A stretch of 64,000 nt of DNA, from positions 4,045-68,044 of the forward strand of contig JAFYDK010000088.1 of assembly GCA_017544805.1 (NCBI GenBank), in the 5' to 3' direction. The position numbers and the translations under genes were made by a program. Positions 7,863-16,901 of this stretch are shown here, piece after piece. The notes below the pieces were generated by a model. That model saw only the letters and a list, made by a program, of their open reading frames with translations, ran no database searches and was not told the DNA's origin. Numbering within the stretch: the first letter of the stretch is position 1; each line of letters begins with the position of its first letter. This DNA comes from Bacteroidales bacterium (GTDB lineage Bacteria; Bacteroidota; Bacteroidia; Bacteroidales; UBA3824).

Positions 7863-10352
7863 ATGTTTCGGAAATTTGCGAAAGTTATATTACCATTGTC
7901 TTTGCCACAATTGTTTACTTATGCAATTCCCGAAACATTTCAAAATCTTTGCTTTGTAGGAAGTCGTGTCGTTGTACCCTTCGGTAAAAGCAAATTATAT
8001 TCGGCTGTCGTTTATTCTGTAGATGATACTGCCGAAGGTGATTTTGAGATAAAGGAAATCATAGAAGTTTTAGATTCCAAACCTATAATAAATGCAATCC
8101 AACTCAAGTTTTGGGATTGGATTGCTTCTTATTATATGTGTGCGGTAGGCGAGGTTTATCGTGCCGCTGTGCCGGCGATGTTGAAATTGGAATCGCAAAC
8201 ATTACTTTTTAGAACTGCTAAACCTTTGGATTTCAACGAGTTGAAACCAAAAGAGGTTCAGCTTTTGGGTGCTTTTACTCCGAGTTTAACGGAGTTAGAA
8301 CTCTCAAAAGTGGGAAAATATACGGGGTTAAAAAACAATATTTCTTTAGTAAAAAATCTTATTTTTAACGGTTATCTTGTTGCCGATAAAGTTATTCAAG
8401 ATAAATTCCGTCCTAAAACTGAAAAATTTTTATCACTTAACAAAAATCTGTTCCATTCTGAAAAACAGATAATTACGCTTTTGGATGAATTGTCTAAGAG
8501 AGCTCCGAAACAAGCGGAAATTTTGTATTGTTATTTTTCTGAATCTGGTTTTCAAGCTGAGGATTCTAAAATCATTTCATTTGGAGAAATTGATAAGAAA
8601 AGATTTTCTGATTCTAAATTTTCGTCGTCATCTCTTAACTCTTTGATTGATAAGCAAATACTTTTGGAAGAAGAACGTGAAGTCAGTCGTCTTTCCATGT
8701 ACGAGGGAGATTTGGAACTTTATCACGAACTTACTGAAAATCAGCAAAATGCGTTAGAAAAAATTGAAAGCGGTTTTTTAGAAAAAAATGCCGCTTTGCT
8801 TTTCGGAGTTACCGGCAGCGGCAAAACCGAAATTTATATCCGACTTATCGACAAATATCTTTCTCAAGGCAAACAAGTGCTTTACCTTTTGCCGGAAATT
8901 GTACTTACTTCTCAGATTATCAGACGGTTGCAAAAAGTTTTCGGTTCCAAAGTCGGAATTTACCATTCTAAAATTTCGGATTATGAACGTTCCGAAATTT
9001 GGCAAAATCTTGTTGATAAGGATAATCCTTCATCTTACAAACTTATTGTCGGGGTTAGGTCTTCTATCTTTTTGCCTTTCAGCGATTTAGGGCTTATAAT
9101 AGTGGACGAGGAACATGAAAGTTCTTACAAACAGGCCGATCCTCAGCCCAGATATAATGCACGGGATTGCGCTTTGGTTTTAGCGTGTTTTCATTCCGCT
9201 AAAGTGCTTTTAGGCTCGGCAACGCCTTCTTTTGAAACTTATTTCAACGCTACGACAGGAAAGTACTCTTTGGTTGAATTGTCTTCTCGTTATGCTGATT
9301 TCAAACTCCCTGAAATTGAAATTGTTAACACACGGACTGCTCAAAAAAGGGGACAGATGAAGTCCTTGTTTTATGACGGTCTGATTAAAAGAATCGAAAA
9401 AAATATCGCTGAAAAAAAGCAAACTATACTTTACCGTAACAGACGCGGATTTTCTCCTTACGTGGAATGTTCCTCTTGCGGTTGGATTCCTGTTTGCGAG
9501 AATTGCGACGTTACTTTGACTTATCATAAACGTGAAAACCGTCTTGTTTGTCATCATTGCGGTTATGTTACCGATATGCCGAAAAAATGTTCGGCTTGCA
9601 ATGATAGTGTTCTGATTACCAAGGGGTTCGGAACCGAAAAAGTCGAAGATGAAATTAAAATTTTTTTTCCTGAGGCAAAAATTTCGCGTCTTGATGCCGA
9701 TATTACAACCTCAAGGTCAAAGTTTGAACAAGTGATTTACGATTTTGAAAACGGCTCAACTGACATTTTGACAGGTACGCAAATGATTTCAAAAGGATTT
9801 GATTTTAAGCGGCTTACGCTTTGCGGCATACTTGATGCTGATACGATGTTGTTTTTCCCGGATTTCAGGGCTGAAGAAAAAACTTTTCAGCAACTGACTC
9901 AAGTTAGCGGCAGGGTAGGGCGGCATCTTGAGGGCGGACGGGTCGTAATCCAAACCTCAAATCCTGAAAATGAGATTTTTAAAGATGTCGTAAGTCATAA
10001 TTACAAAAATATGTATGCAAGGCTGATTGCAGAGAGAAACCGTTTCGCATATCCGCCTTACACTCGTTTGATAAAAATTCAGATTAAACACAAGGACGAG
10101 GCAGAAATGAGCCGGTGCGCCATGATGTTGGCTTCTAATTTGAGGAAAGTTTTTTCTTCAGGAGTTATGGGACCGGAATTTCCGCTCGTTTCGCGGATTC
10201 AAAACCTTTATATTAAAGAAATTATGTTGAAAATCAGTAGAAAACATTACGGTCAGCAAGCTAAAAAAATAATTCTTGACGCCGTTAATTATACAAAGTC
10301 CATGGCTTTGAAAGCGGGATTGATAATCAGCATTAATGTTGATCCGCTTTAG
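7863..10352 (+). CDS. priA: Primosomal replication-restart helicase PriA
   Basis: Walker A GVTGSGKTEIY, DEEH box (IIVDEEHESSYKQ), and a Cys-rich zinc-binding insert (CSSCGWIPVCENCDVTLTYH...LVCHHCGY...CSACN). Length is 829 aa. Confidence 0.95.
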   Translation: MFRKFAKVILPLSLPQLFTYAIPETFQNLCFVGSRVVVPFGKSKLYSAVVYSVDDTAEGDFEIKEIIEVLDSKPIINAIQLKFWDWIASYYMCAVGEVYRAAVPAMLKLESQTLLFRTAKPLDFNELKPKEVQLLGAFTPSLTELELSKVGKYTGLKNNISLVKNLIFNGYLVADKVIQDKFRPKTEKFLSLNKNLFHSEKQIITLLDELSKRAPKQAEILYCYFSESGFQAEDSKIISFGEIDKKRFSDSKFSSSSLNSLIDKQILLEEEREVSRLSMYEGDLELYHELTENQQNALEKIESGFLEKNAALLFGVTGSGKTEIYIRLIDKYLSQGKQVLYLLPEIVLTSQIIRRLQKVFGSKVGIYHSKISDYERSEIWQNLVDKDNPSSYKLIVGVRSSIFLPFSDLGLIIVDEEHESSYKQADPQPRYNARDCALVLACFHSAKVLLGSATPSFETYFNATTGKYSLVELSSRYADFKLPEIEIVNTRTAQKRGQMKSLFYDGLIKRIEKNIAEKKQTILYRNRRGFSPYVECSSCGWIPVCENCDVTLTYHKRENRLVCHHCGYVTDMPKKCSACNDSVLITKGFGTEKVEDEIKIFFPEAKISRLDADITTSRSKFEQVIYDFENGSTDILTGTQMISKGFDFKRLTLCGILDADTMLFFPDFRAEEKTFQQLTQVSGRVGRHLEGGRVVIQTSNPENEIFKDVVSHNYKNMYARLIAERNRFAYPPYTRLIKIQIKHKDEAEMSRCAMMLASNLRKVFSSGVMGPEFPLVSRIQNLYIKEIMLKISRKHYGQQAKKIILDAVNYTKSMALKAGLIISINVDPL

Positions 10353-10393
10353 AAAAATAACGTTTAATTTATATTAATTTTCAAAGAAATTTT

Positions 10394-10401
10394 TATTTTT
10401 G
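10394..10401 (+). promoter_or_regulatory. Candidate -7 box TATTTTTG upstream of aminotransferase gene
   Basis: TAnnTTTG match 32 nt upstream of ATG 10433. Confidence 0.45.
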
Positions 10402-10432
10402 CGCAGTATAAATTGATAAAAATTCATCAAAA

Positions 10433-11623
10433 ATGAGATTATCTTCAAGAATTAACAGAGTTGCTGAATCGCAAACTCTTGCAATGAGTCAAAAAAGTGC
10501 CGAACTCAAGGAGAAAGGCGTTGACGTAGTAAACCTGACTGTCGGTCAGCCGGACTTTTTTACACCGGATAATGTAAAACAAGCTGCTAAAAAGGCTATC
10601 GACGAGAACTTTTCTTTTTATAGCCCCGTTCCTGGTTATAAAGATTTGATAAAAGCTGTTCAAGCTAAATTCAAGCGTGAAAACAATCTTGATTATGCTG
10701 AAAATCAAATCGTTGTTTCAACAGGTGCTAAACAATGTCTTGCTAACGTTTTTCAAGTTCTTTTTCAGGAAGGTGATGAAGTGATAATTCCGACTCCTTA
10801 TTGGGTTTCGTACATCGAATTAGCACATCTTTGCAATGCAACTCCAATAATAATTGAAGGAAAGGCTGAAAATTATTATAAAATTACGCCTGAGCAATTG
10901 GAAAATGCTATTACTGACAAGACTCACGGTTTCGTTCTTAACGACCCCTCAAACCCTTCAGGAAGCATTTACACAAAAGAGGAGCTTAAAGCTCTTGCTG
11001 ATGTTTTGGCAAAACATCCTGAAATTGCTATTATTTCGGATGAAATTTACGAACATTTGACTTACGACGGAAAACACGAAACGATTGCTCAGTTTGAAGG
11101 CGTTAAAAATCAGACTATTGTAATTAACGGTCTTTCAAAAGCTTACGCTATGACCGGCTGGAGAATCGGTTATATGGCCTCTACTCCCGAAATTGCAAAA
11201 GCTGTTAAAAAACTTCAAGGTCAAACCACATCTGGTACGTGTTCTATCGCTCAAAGAGCTGCTATTGAGGCTCTTAACGGCGATCAGTCGATTATCGCCT
11301 CTAACAACGAAATCCTTTTGAAACGCCGTGATATGATGGTTGAAGGCTTGCGTAGTCTTCCGGGCGTAAAACTCAATGTTCCGCCTGCTACTTTTTATTG
11401 TTTTGCGGATTTCAGCTCTTATATCGGAAAAAGTTTTAATGGCAAAAAAATCGAAAATTCGTTTGAATTGGCAGATTTCCTTTTGAACGAGGCTCACGTT
11501 GCTACCGTTGCCGGTGGTGCTTTCGGTGTAGATTCTTGTATTAGAATGAGTTATGTTGTCGGTTTTGACAGAATTGAAGAAGCATTCAAGCGCCTTAGAA
11601 AAACATTGGCATTGTTGAAATAG
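10433..11623 (+). CDS. Class I/II PLP-dependent aminotransferase (aspartate aminotransferase-like)
   Basis: The motifs LTVGQPDF, PTPYWVSY, NDPSNPSG and the PLP-lysine motif GLSKAYAMTGWRIGY are typical of AspC-type enzymes. Length is 396 aa. Confidence 0.92.
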   Translation: MRLSSRINRVAESQTLAMSQKSAELKEKGVDVVNLTVGQPDFFTPDNVKQAAKKAIDENFSFYSPVPGYKDLIKAVQAKFKRENNLDYAENQIVVSTGAKQCLANVFQVLFQEGDEVIIPTPYWVSYIELAHLCNATPIIIEGKAENYYKITPEQLENAITDKTHGFVLNDPSNPSGSIYTKEELKALADVLAKHPEIAIISDEIYEHLTYDGKHETIAQFEGVKNQTIVINGLSKAYAMTGWRIGYMASTPEIAKAVKKLQGQTTSGTCSIAQRAAIEALNGDQSIIASNNEILLKRRDMMVEGLRSLPGVKLNVPPATFYCFADFSSYIGKSFNGKKIENSFELADFLLNEAHVATVAGGAFGVDSCIRMSYVVGFDRIEEAFKRLRKTLALLK

Positions 11624-11661
11624 TTAGAAAAATAAGTTTTTAGAAAAAACTTATTTTAAAA

Positions 11662-11710
11662 AAAAGGAATTTTCCGAAACAAAACTTTTTCGGAAAATTC
11701 CTTTTCTTTT
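11662..11710. terminator. Bidirectional rho-independent terminator between convergent genes
   Basis: Perfect 14-bp stem GGAATTTTCCGAAA (11666..11679) / TTTCGGAAAATTCC (11688..11701), flanked by an A-run 5' and a T-run 3'. A weaker A/T-only hairpin lies at 11629..11657. Confidence 0.7.
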
Positions 11711-11711
11711 T

Positions 11712-13649
11712 TTAGTTCATGATTACTACGCCGCCGTTGCAGGGGATAGTGATTGTAAGTTGCTGTTTTTTCGAGGTTTTAACTTCTTTCAGCGAGCCGT
11801 TGAGTTTAGCATCGTCGCTGTAAAGTTTTACCGTAGTTTCGGCTTTTAACATCGGCAAATCAATCGTTTTTACTAACGTTTCTTTTTCGGCATTAACACC
11901 GGCAATATACCATTTATCACCGCTGCGACGAGCCAAAATAATGTATTTGCCAGGATAACCGTCGATAAATTTAATTTCGTCCCAAACTGTGGGAACTTTT
12001 TTCATAAAGTCTATTGCCCAAGAGGGCGCATCGGTTAAATTGTTGGGAGCAAGTGCAAAATGCTGAACTGCACTCTGAAACAAAACTGCCGTTGAAAGTG
12101 CAAAAACATCTGATGTCATACGTTTTGTTCCGTGCTGATTGTCAGAGCTGTAAAACTTATTCAAAGTGCTTCCGCCGAAGTCCATTGAGCCGACCGTGTT
12201 GCGGATAAAAGGATGGATTGTGGCATTTTGGGCTTCGTTATCGCAAGAGCCTTGTCCGAAATGTAAGTTTTCTGACGCCAAAACAGCCTCTGAAGCCGCA
12301 TAGTTAGGATACATTTTTTCCCAACCTCTGGGCAGTGTGCAACCGTGGAAAATTACCAACAAACCGAAATCGTTGGCATCCGACAAAATGTCTTGATAAA
12401 GTTGCATCATGTTTTGTTTGTCGCCGCCGAAAAAGTCTACTTTGATGCCGCGGATACCTGTTTCCTGAAGCCATTTCATCTCTTTTCTGCGGTTAAGAGA
12501 ATTGTTCATTTTGTCAATCGGAGTTTGAAAAGCATCATTCCAACTTCCATTAGAATTGTACCATAAAAACAATCCTACGCCTTTTTCTCTTCCGTAATCA
12601 GCAAGTTCGCGGATTTTGTCATAACCGATTTGTTTGTCCCAAAATGCGTCAATCAAAACGCTTTGGTAACCCATTGCTGCGGAAAAATCAATGTAACGTT
12701 TCTGCTCGTCATAATTGCAGCTGCCGTCCATACCGATAATCAAACTCCATGAACCTTTACCGTAGGTGTAATCTCTTGAGGCTCTGTATTTTTGCTCCGT
12801 TAAATCAAATGCAACTGTGGTTTCAACGATATTTTTTAAGGTTTTGCCCAAAGTGATTGTGCGCCAAGGTGTTTCGCCGGGCAGCGACATTGCGGGCGTT
12901 ATAGAACCGATACCGTTACATTCTCCTTGCTGGGGAAAACCGATTTTGTAATCGGCATTTGATTTGTTAAGAAGTCTGCAACCTACATAGCCGCCGTCAG
13001 TGCCGGTTTCGCTGATTAAAATCCACCCGTCAGAGGCGTTTTTGAAAAGGCACGGGAAAGTGTAACCTTCGCCCCAACCGTTTTTGCCGGTGGCCTCGTC
13101 CAAACTGTAAGGAGTTTCGTAACTCGGTGAAGTTCTGGCAAATCCCCCCATCGGTTTTGACTGTGGGCAGAGAAATGTTGTGGCAGATTCCAAAAGAGAA
13201 AAACCGCTTAATTCTTCCTCTACAACGCAAACTCTTGTTTCGCCTTGAGGTAAAATTCTGTATCTGAAGGCAACGTCTTTGTCAGAAACAGAAAAAATTA
13301 CTTCCATAACTTTTTTACCGTCTTGTTCAAACGGTATTACGGCTGTTGTCGCATTGAAATTAACGAGACTTTGTTTTATGTTTTTGAGTCGGTATTCTTT
13401 TGAGGTTTTAGAGATTTCCGGTGTTAATGTTTTGAGATTTTGCGAAAAATCGCCGATATTGGTTTTTATTCCTAAAGGCGAATTTTTGATAAAAATCTTG
13501 TTCTCTAAAAGAACTTTGTACGACGGTTTTCCGTTTTCATTTTCTACGATAACGGTGATTTTACCGTCAGGGCTTGTAATCTTGATTCCGTCAGCTTTAG
13601 CATAAAGTGCAAGGAAAAGCACGGCAATCATTAAAACTATTTTTTTCAT
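11712..13649 (-). CDS. Glycoside hydrolase family 97 (SusB-like alpha-glucosidase family)
   Basis: Signal peptide, then an N-terminal beta-sandwich opening (ITSPDGKITVIVENENGKPSYKVLLENKIFI) and a TIM-barrel region (GIKVDFFGGDKQ...FHGCTLPRGW) as in GH97 enzymes. The ORF-track start at 13682 is GTG, so I use ATG 13649 (MKKIVLMIAVLF). Confidence 0.85.
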   Translation of the reverse strand: MKKIVLMIAVLFLALYAKADGIKITSPDGKITVIVENENGKPSYKVLLENKIFIKNSPLGIKTNIGDFSQNLKTLTPEISKTSKEYRLKNIKQSLVNFNATTAVIPFEQDGKKVMEVIFSVSDKDVAFRYRILPQGETRVCVVEEELSGFSLLESATTFLCPQSKPMGGFARTSPSYETPYSLDEATGKNGWGEGYTFPCLFKNASDGWILISETGTDGGYVGCRLLNKSNADYKIGFPQQGECNGIGSITPAMSLPGETPWRTITLGKTLKNIVETTVAFDLTEQKYRASRDYTYGKGSWSLIIGMDGSCNYDEQKRYIDFSAAMGYQSVLIDAFWDKQIGYDKIRELADYGREKGVGLFLWYNSNGSWNDAFQTPIDKMNNSLNRRKEMKWLQETGIRGIKVDFFGGDKQNMMQLYQDILSDANDFGLLVIFHGCTLPRGWEKMYPNYAASEAVLASENLHFGQGSCDNEAQNATIHPFIRNTVGSMDFGGSTLNKFYSSDNQHGTKRMTSDVFALSTAVLFQSAVQHFALAPNNLTDAPSWAIDFMKKVPTVWDEIKFIDGYPGKYIILARRSGDKWYIAGVNAEKETLVKTIDLPMLKAETTVKLYSDDAKLNGSLKEVKTSKKQQLTITIPCNGGVVIMN

Positions 13650-13684
13650 ATATATAACTGTTTTTAATTGTGTTTTTAACACTG

Positions 13685-13692
13685 CAAATTTA
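13685..13692 (-). promoter_or_regulatory. Candidate -7 box (TAAATTTG on minus strand) for GH97 gene
   Basis: The + strand reads CAAATTTA, 36 nt upstream of ATG 13649. Its position argues against the longer GTG-started ORF. Confidence 0.45.
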
Positions 13693-13789
13693 ACCTAAAA
13701 AATTGAATTTGAAAAAAAATATGGATAAATACGTTTATTTTGTTTTTGGCATAATTTTTATAGTATTATTAACAAAATACAAACTAAAG

Positions 13790-15190
13790 ATGGGCGAAAA
13801 ACTGACAAAATTTAAAAGTAGGTTTATGAATATCCTACTGTGGTCTATTATCTCTGCGGCCTTTATCGGACCGGGTACAGTTACGACTGCAACCAAAGCG
13901 GGTGCTGATTTTCAGTTCCAGCTGTTGTGGGCGTTGGTTTTTGCTACGATTGCCTGTCTTGTTTTGCAGGAGGCGAGTGCGAGGGCTGCTATTTATTCCA
14001 AAATGAATTTAGGTCAGGCGATAAAATTTCATTTTCAAGGCAGCCGCGGTCAAATTCCTGTTTTGGTTTTGATAGTTGGAGCCATAATTCTCGGTTGTAC
14101 GGCCTATGAGGCTGGCAATATTCTTGGAGCCGCCGAAGGTCTTGCTCTTATTTTTCCCGGATTAGGTAAACGATTGATTATTACAACTATAGCCCTTGTT
14201 GTGGGCGTCGCCTTGAGTTTGAAATCTCTGCGTTCAACGGCTAATTTTATGGGTATTTTCGTTTTTATAATGGGAATTACTTTTATAACGACGGCTTTTT
14301 TGGCAGACCCGCCGATAGGGGAGTTAGCTCACGGATTATTTGTTCCAAGTTTTCCTGAGGTACCGGAAGCGGGACTTTTGGTTTTGGGATTAGTTGGTAC
14401 GACGGTTGTTCCGTATGATTTATTTTTGGGCTCTAACGTTGTTCAAAAGGATACGACGGTAAGAGATATGCGTGTTGGAATCGGCGTTTCAGTGATTTTG
14501 GGCGGTATAATTTCGATGGCTATTTTGGTTGTAGGAACTCAAATGACAAGAGGTTTAACGCCGGAAGTCGTTGAAAACATGGACTTTTCATATTTACTTT
14601 TAACACAGACTTTAGCAAAACAAATTGGTCAGTGGGCGGGTTATATTTTTGGTTTCGGAATGTTTGCCGCCGGTTTTACGAGTGCCATTACCTCTTCGCT
14701 TGTTTCGACTTTGACGGCAAGAAGCATTTTTGGAAGGAAAAAATCGGACGGAACTCCTGAAAACGAAAATTCTTTTCAGTGGATTGCTTATATGGTTTTG
14801 GCTGTCGGTGTGGTTTTGGGATTTTTGCAAGTAAAACCTGTGCCGGCAATCGTGGCTGCTCAAGCTTTCAACGGTTTGATTTTGCCCTTTATTTGCGTCT
14901 TTTTGTTTACGGTTATCAACAATGCCAAAGTAATGGGAATCGAACATTTGAACGGTAAATTTTCTAATGTTATGATGATAATCGTTACTTGGGTTACTCT
15001 TATTTTAGGTATTAAAAAGCTTGTTGATTCGGTTTCTATGGCATTAAATCTTGAAATCGCAAGTCCTGATTTGCTGTTTATTTGGTCGAGTATCGTGGCT
15101 CTTGTTATAACAGTGATAATTTCGGTTTGTATTTACAAAAAACGCATAAAATCCATCGAGGAAATGCGTCAATTAGCCAAAGTGTTATAA
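13790..15190 (+). CDS. Nramp/SLC11-fold membrane transporter with non-canonical metal-site residues
   Basis: FIGPGTVTTATKAGADFQFQLLWALVF aligns with the MntH TM1 signature (..DPGN.ATN...GA.FGY.LLW). GLVGTTVVPYDLFLGS aligns with the TM6 signature (G..GA..MPH..YLHS). The protein has about 11 TM segments. The ORF-track start at 13703 is TTG. ATG 13790 (MGEKLTKF) gives a family-typical N-terminus, and ATG 13721 is an alternative. Confidence 0.85.
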   Translation: MGEKLTKFKSRFMNILLWSIISAAFIGPGTVTTATKAGADFQFQLLWALVFATIACLVLQEASARAAIYSKMNLGQAIKFHFQGSRGQIPVLVLIVGAIILGCTAYEAGNILGAAEGLALIFPGLGKRLIITTIALVVGVALSLKSLRSTANFMGIFVFIMGITFITTAFLADPPIGELAHGLFVPSFPEVPEAGLLVLGLVGTTVVPYDLFLGSNVVQKDTTVRDMRVGIGVSVILGGIISMAILVVGTQMTRGLTPEVVENMDFSYLLLTQTLAKQIGQWAGYIFGFGMFAAGFTSAITSSLVSTLTARSIFGRKKSDGTPENENSFQWIAYMVLAVGVVLGFLQVKPVPAIVAAQAFNGLILPFICVFLFTVINNAKVMGIEHLNGKFSNVMMIIVTWVTLILGIKKLVDSVSMALNLEIASPDLLFIWSSIVALVITVIISVCIYKKRIKSIEEMRQLAKVL

Positions 15191-15229
15191 AAAAGATTTA
15201 AGAAAAAAAACGGGAGATTTCGCTTTTTT

Positions 15230-15949
15230 TTAAGAGTCTAATTCGTCCTCGTCGTTGTATTCAACGGGTATCATTTCGATGTTAATGTTTAGAATTTCGC
15301 TGATTACCTCACCGAATTCTTCCATTTCTTCGTCTTCTTCGGCATAATACCATTTGAGATGAACTTGTGCACGGGGATTAATTTTTTCCAATTTTTGAAC
15401 GATGCCCAAAAATATTTTTGAAGTCGTGGTATTAAAATAAGTCATTTTGAAACTGAAGACCGTTTTTTCTAACGGGTCTTCAATATAATTTTTGATCCAT
15501 TCAATAATAGGGTCGTAAAATTTAACTGCATCTTCTGGAATTGATTTTCCTGAAATTTCAAAAATACCGTTTTCTCTGTCTAATTTTACATTAGGAATAT
15601 ATTCTGTGCCGGCGATATACATCGGCTCAGGATATTGCGAAATGATGACGGGAGATTTTTTTATGGAATATCTTGTGCTGATAACGTTGTCGTAATCCTC
15701 TTTCGTTAAATTTTTCCCGCAGAAACTGCATTTTTCGTCTTCGATGCTTATAATATTGCCGCAGTTTAAGCATGAGGGCGCATAAATCCTATTGCCGCAT
15801 TTAGGACAGCAGATAGTTCCTTGAGGGATACTTTCGCCGCAAATGTTGCACACATTAGATTTTATTTCTTTGTTAGTCAGTTGTTTTCCGCAATTCAAAC
15901 AAAAATTGCCGCTTTCATATTCAATATTGCAATTGACACAAATTTTCAT
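15230..15949 (-). CDS. Triple zinc-ribbon + SiaC/DUF1987-like domain protein
   Basis: The N-terminus has three CxxC...CxxC pairs (CVNC..CLNC, CNIC..CPKC, CLNC..CSFC). The C-terminus (LDRENGIFEISGKSIPEDAVKFYDPIIEWIKNYIEDPLEKTVFSFKMTYFNTTTSKIFLGIVQKLEKI...HLKWYYAEEDEEMEEFGE) matches the DUF1987/SiaC family pattern. Confidence 0.8.
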   Translation of the reverse strand: MKICVNCNIEYESGNFCLNCGKQLTNKEIKSNVCNICGESIPQGTICCPKCGNRIYAPSCLNCGNIISIEDEKCSFCGKNLTKEDYDNVISTRYSIKKSPVIISQYPEPMYIAGTEYIPNVKLDRENGIFEISGKSIPEDAVKFYDPIIEWIKNYIEDPLEKTVFSFKMTYFNTTTSKIFLGIVQKLEKINPRAQVHLKWYYAEEDEEMEEFGEVISEILNINIEMIPVEYNDEDELDS

Positions 15950-16108
15950 GCTTATTTATCGTATTATTTCAAAGTGCAATTTTAAACAAAAAGATTTAAA
16001 AAAACAATAAAAAATAGTTTTTTTTTGAATAATTTTTTGTTGATATTTGTTTTTTACTTTTGTTATTATTAGCAAAAAAATTAATTTTGTGAACTAAAAA
16101 AGCGTATT

Positions 16109-16807
16109 ATGAAGAAAGTATTACTATTAATTTTGATATTAACATTAAGTATTTCAGTGTTTTCACAAAATGACGGAGATGTTGAAATATTTTATGAGGA
16201 TTCAGGGGATAGCACACAGATAAAACTTTCTGACGAGGATTATGGTGAGGTTCATAAATTTTCAGAAACTAATCCTTTGAAAGAACTTTTTTCGCCGCTG
16301 CTTTCCAAAGGCTGGAGGGCTTTCGGCGGATTCGGATTTTATTCTGCTCAAGACCGTTATAACTGCGATATTTTTGAAGTTTATATGTCTTTGGGTTGGC
16401 AGTTCAATCCTTATTTGTATTTAGGTTTGGGATTTTCGGAGGAGTTGTATTTTGACCATTGGTATTATGGTCAATATGCCTCTCAAAGTACGGCGGCTAT
16501 TGTTTTGCCTTTGTATTCAAATTTTCGTTATGATGTTTTGAACAAAAAAGTTACGCCGTTTTTGGATTTCGGACTCGGATATGCGGCAACCGACGATAGG
16601 AACAATAGTTATTCGGGACTTTATTGTGCCGCAAACCTTGGATTGAGAATTTTCAGAGCTAACGTTTCTTTCGGTTATAATGCCGTAAAATTAGACCGTC
16701 CATGGCATTTTTTGGAATTTGAAAACGGAGGTTATAATTATAAGGAAGTAAAATGGCAGGGTGCATATTCTGTAAGGATTGCAGTTGATTTTGGAGGCAC
16801 GTTTTAA
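16109..16807 (+). CDS. Small outer-membrane beta-barrel protein
   Basis: Signal peptide (MKKVLLLILILTLSISVFSQ), alternating aromatic/Gly-rich beta-strand pattern, and a C-terminal ...DFGGTF ending in Phe. Confidence 0.7.
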   Translation: MKKVLLLILILTLSISVFSQNDGDVEIFYEDSGDSTQIKLSDEDYGEVHKFSETNPLKELFSPLLSKGWRAFGGFGFYSAQDRYNCDIFEVYMSLGWQFNPYLYLGLGFSEELYFDHWYYGQYASQSTAAIVLPLYSNFRYDVLNKKVTPFLDFGLGYAATDDRNNSYSGLYCAANLGLRIFRANVSFGYNAVKLDRPWHFLEFENGGYNYKEVKWQGAYSVRIAVDFGGTF

Positions 16808-16901
16808 TAAAAGTTGAAATTTCATTGTTTTTATTGTTACTGCCGTTTTTTTGTATTAATTTTGCAATTGTATTTTACAAAAATCTTATAGTTAATTAAA
16901 A

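Noticed and set aside
13703-13789. N-terminal extensions implied by ORF-track starts (also 4373, 22138, 29391, 36822, 39518, 44985, 13682, 63972)
   Set aside because: Where I checked, these start at TTG or GTG codons in AT-rich promoter-like DNA. For 22138 and 13682 the extension overlaps a candidate -7 box. For 63972 the start is simply internal to a gene that continues past the window. The first ATG gives family-typical N-termini.
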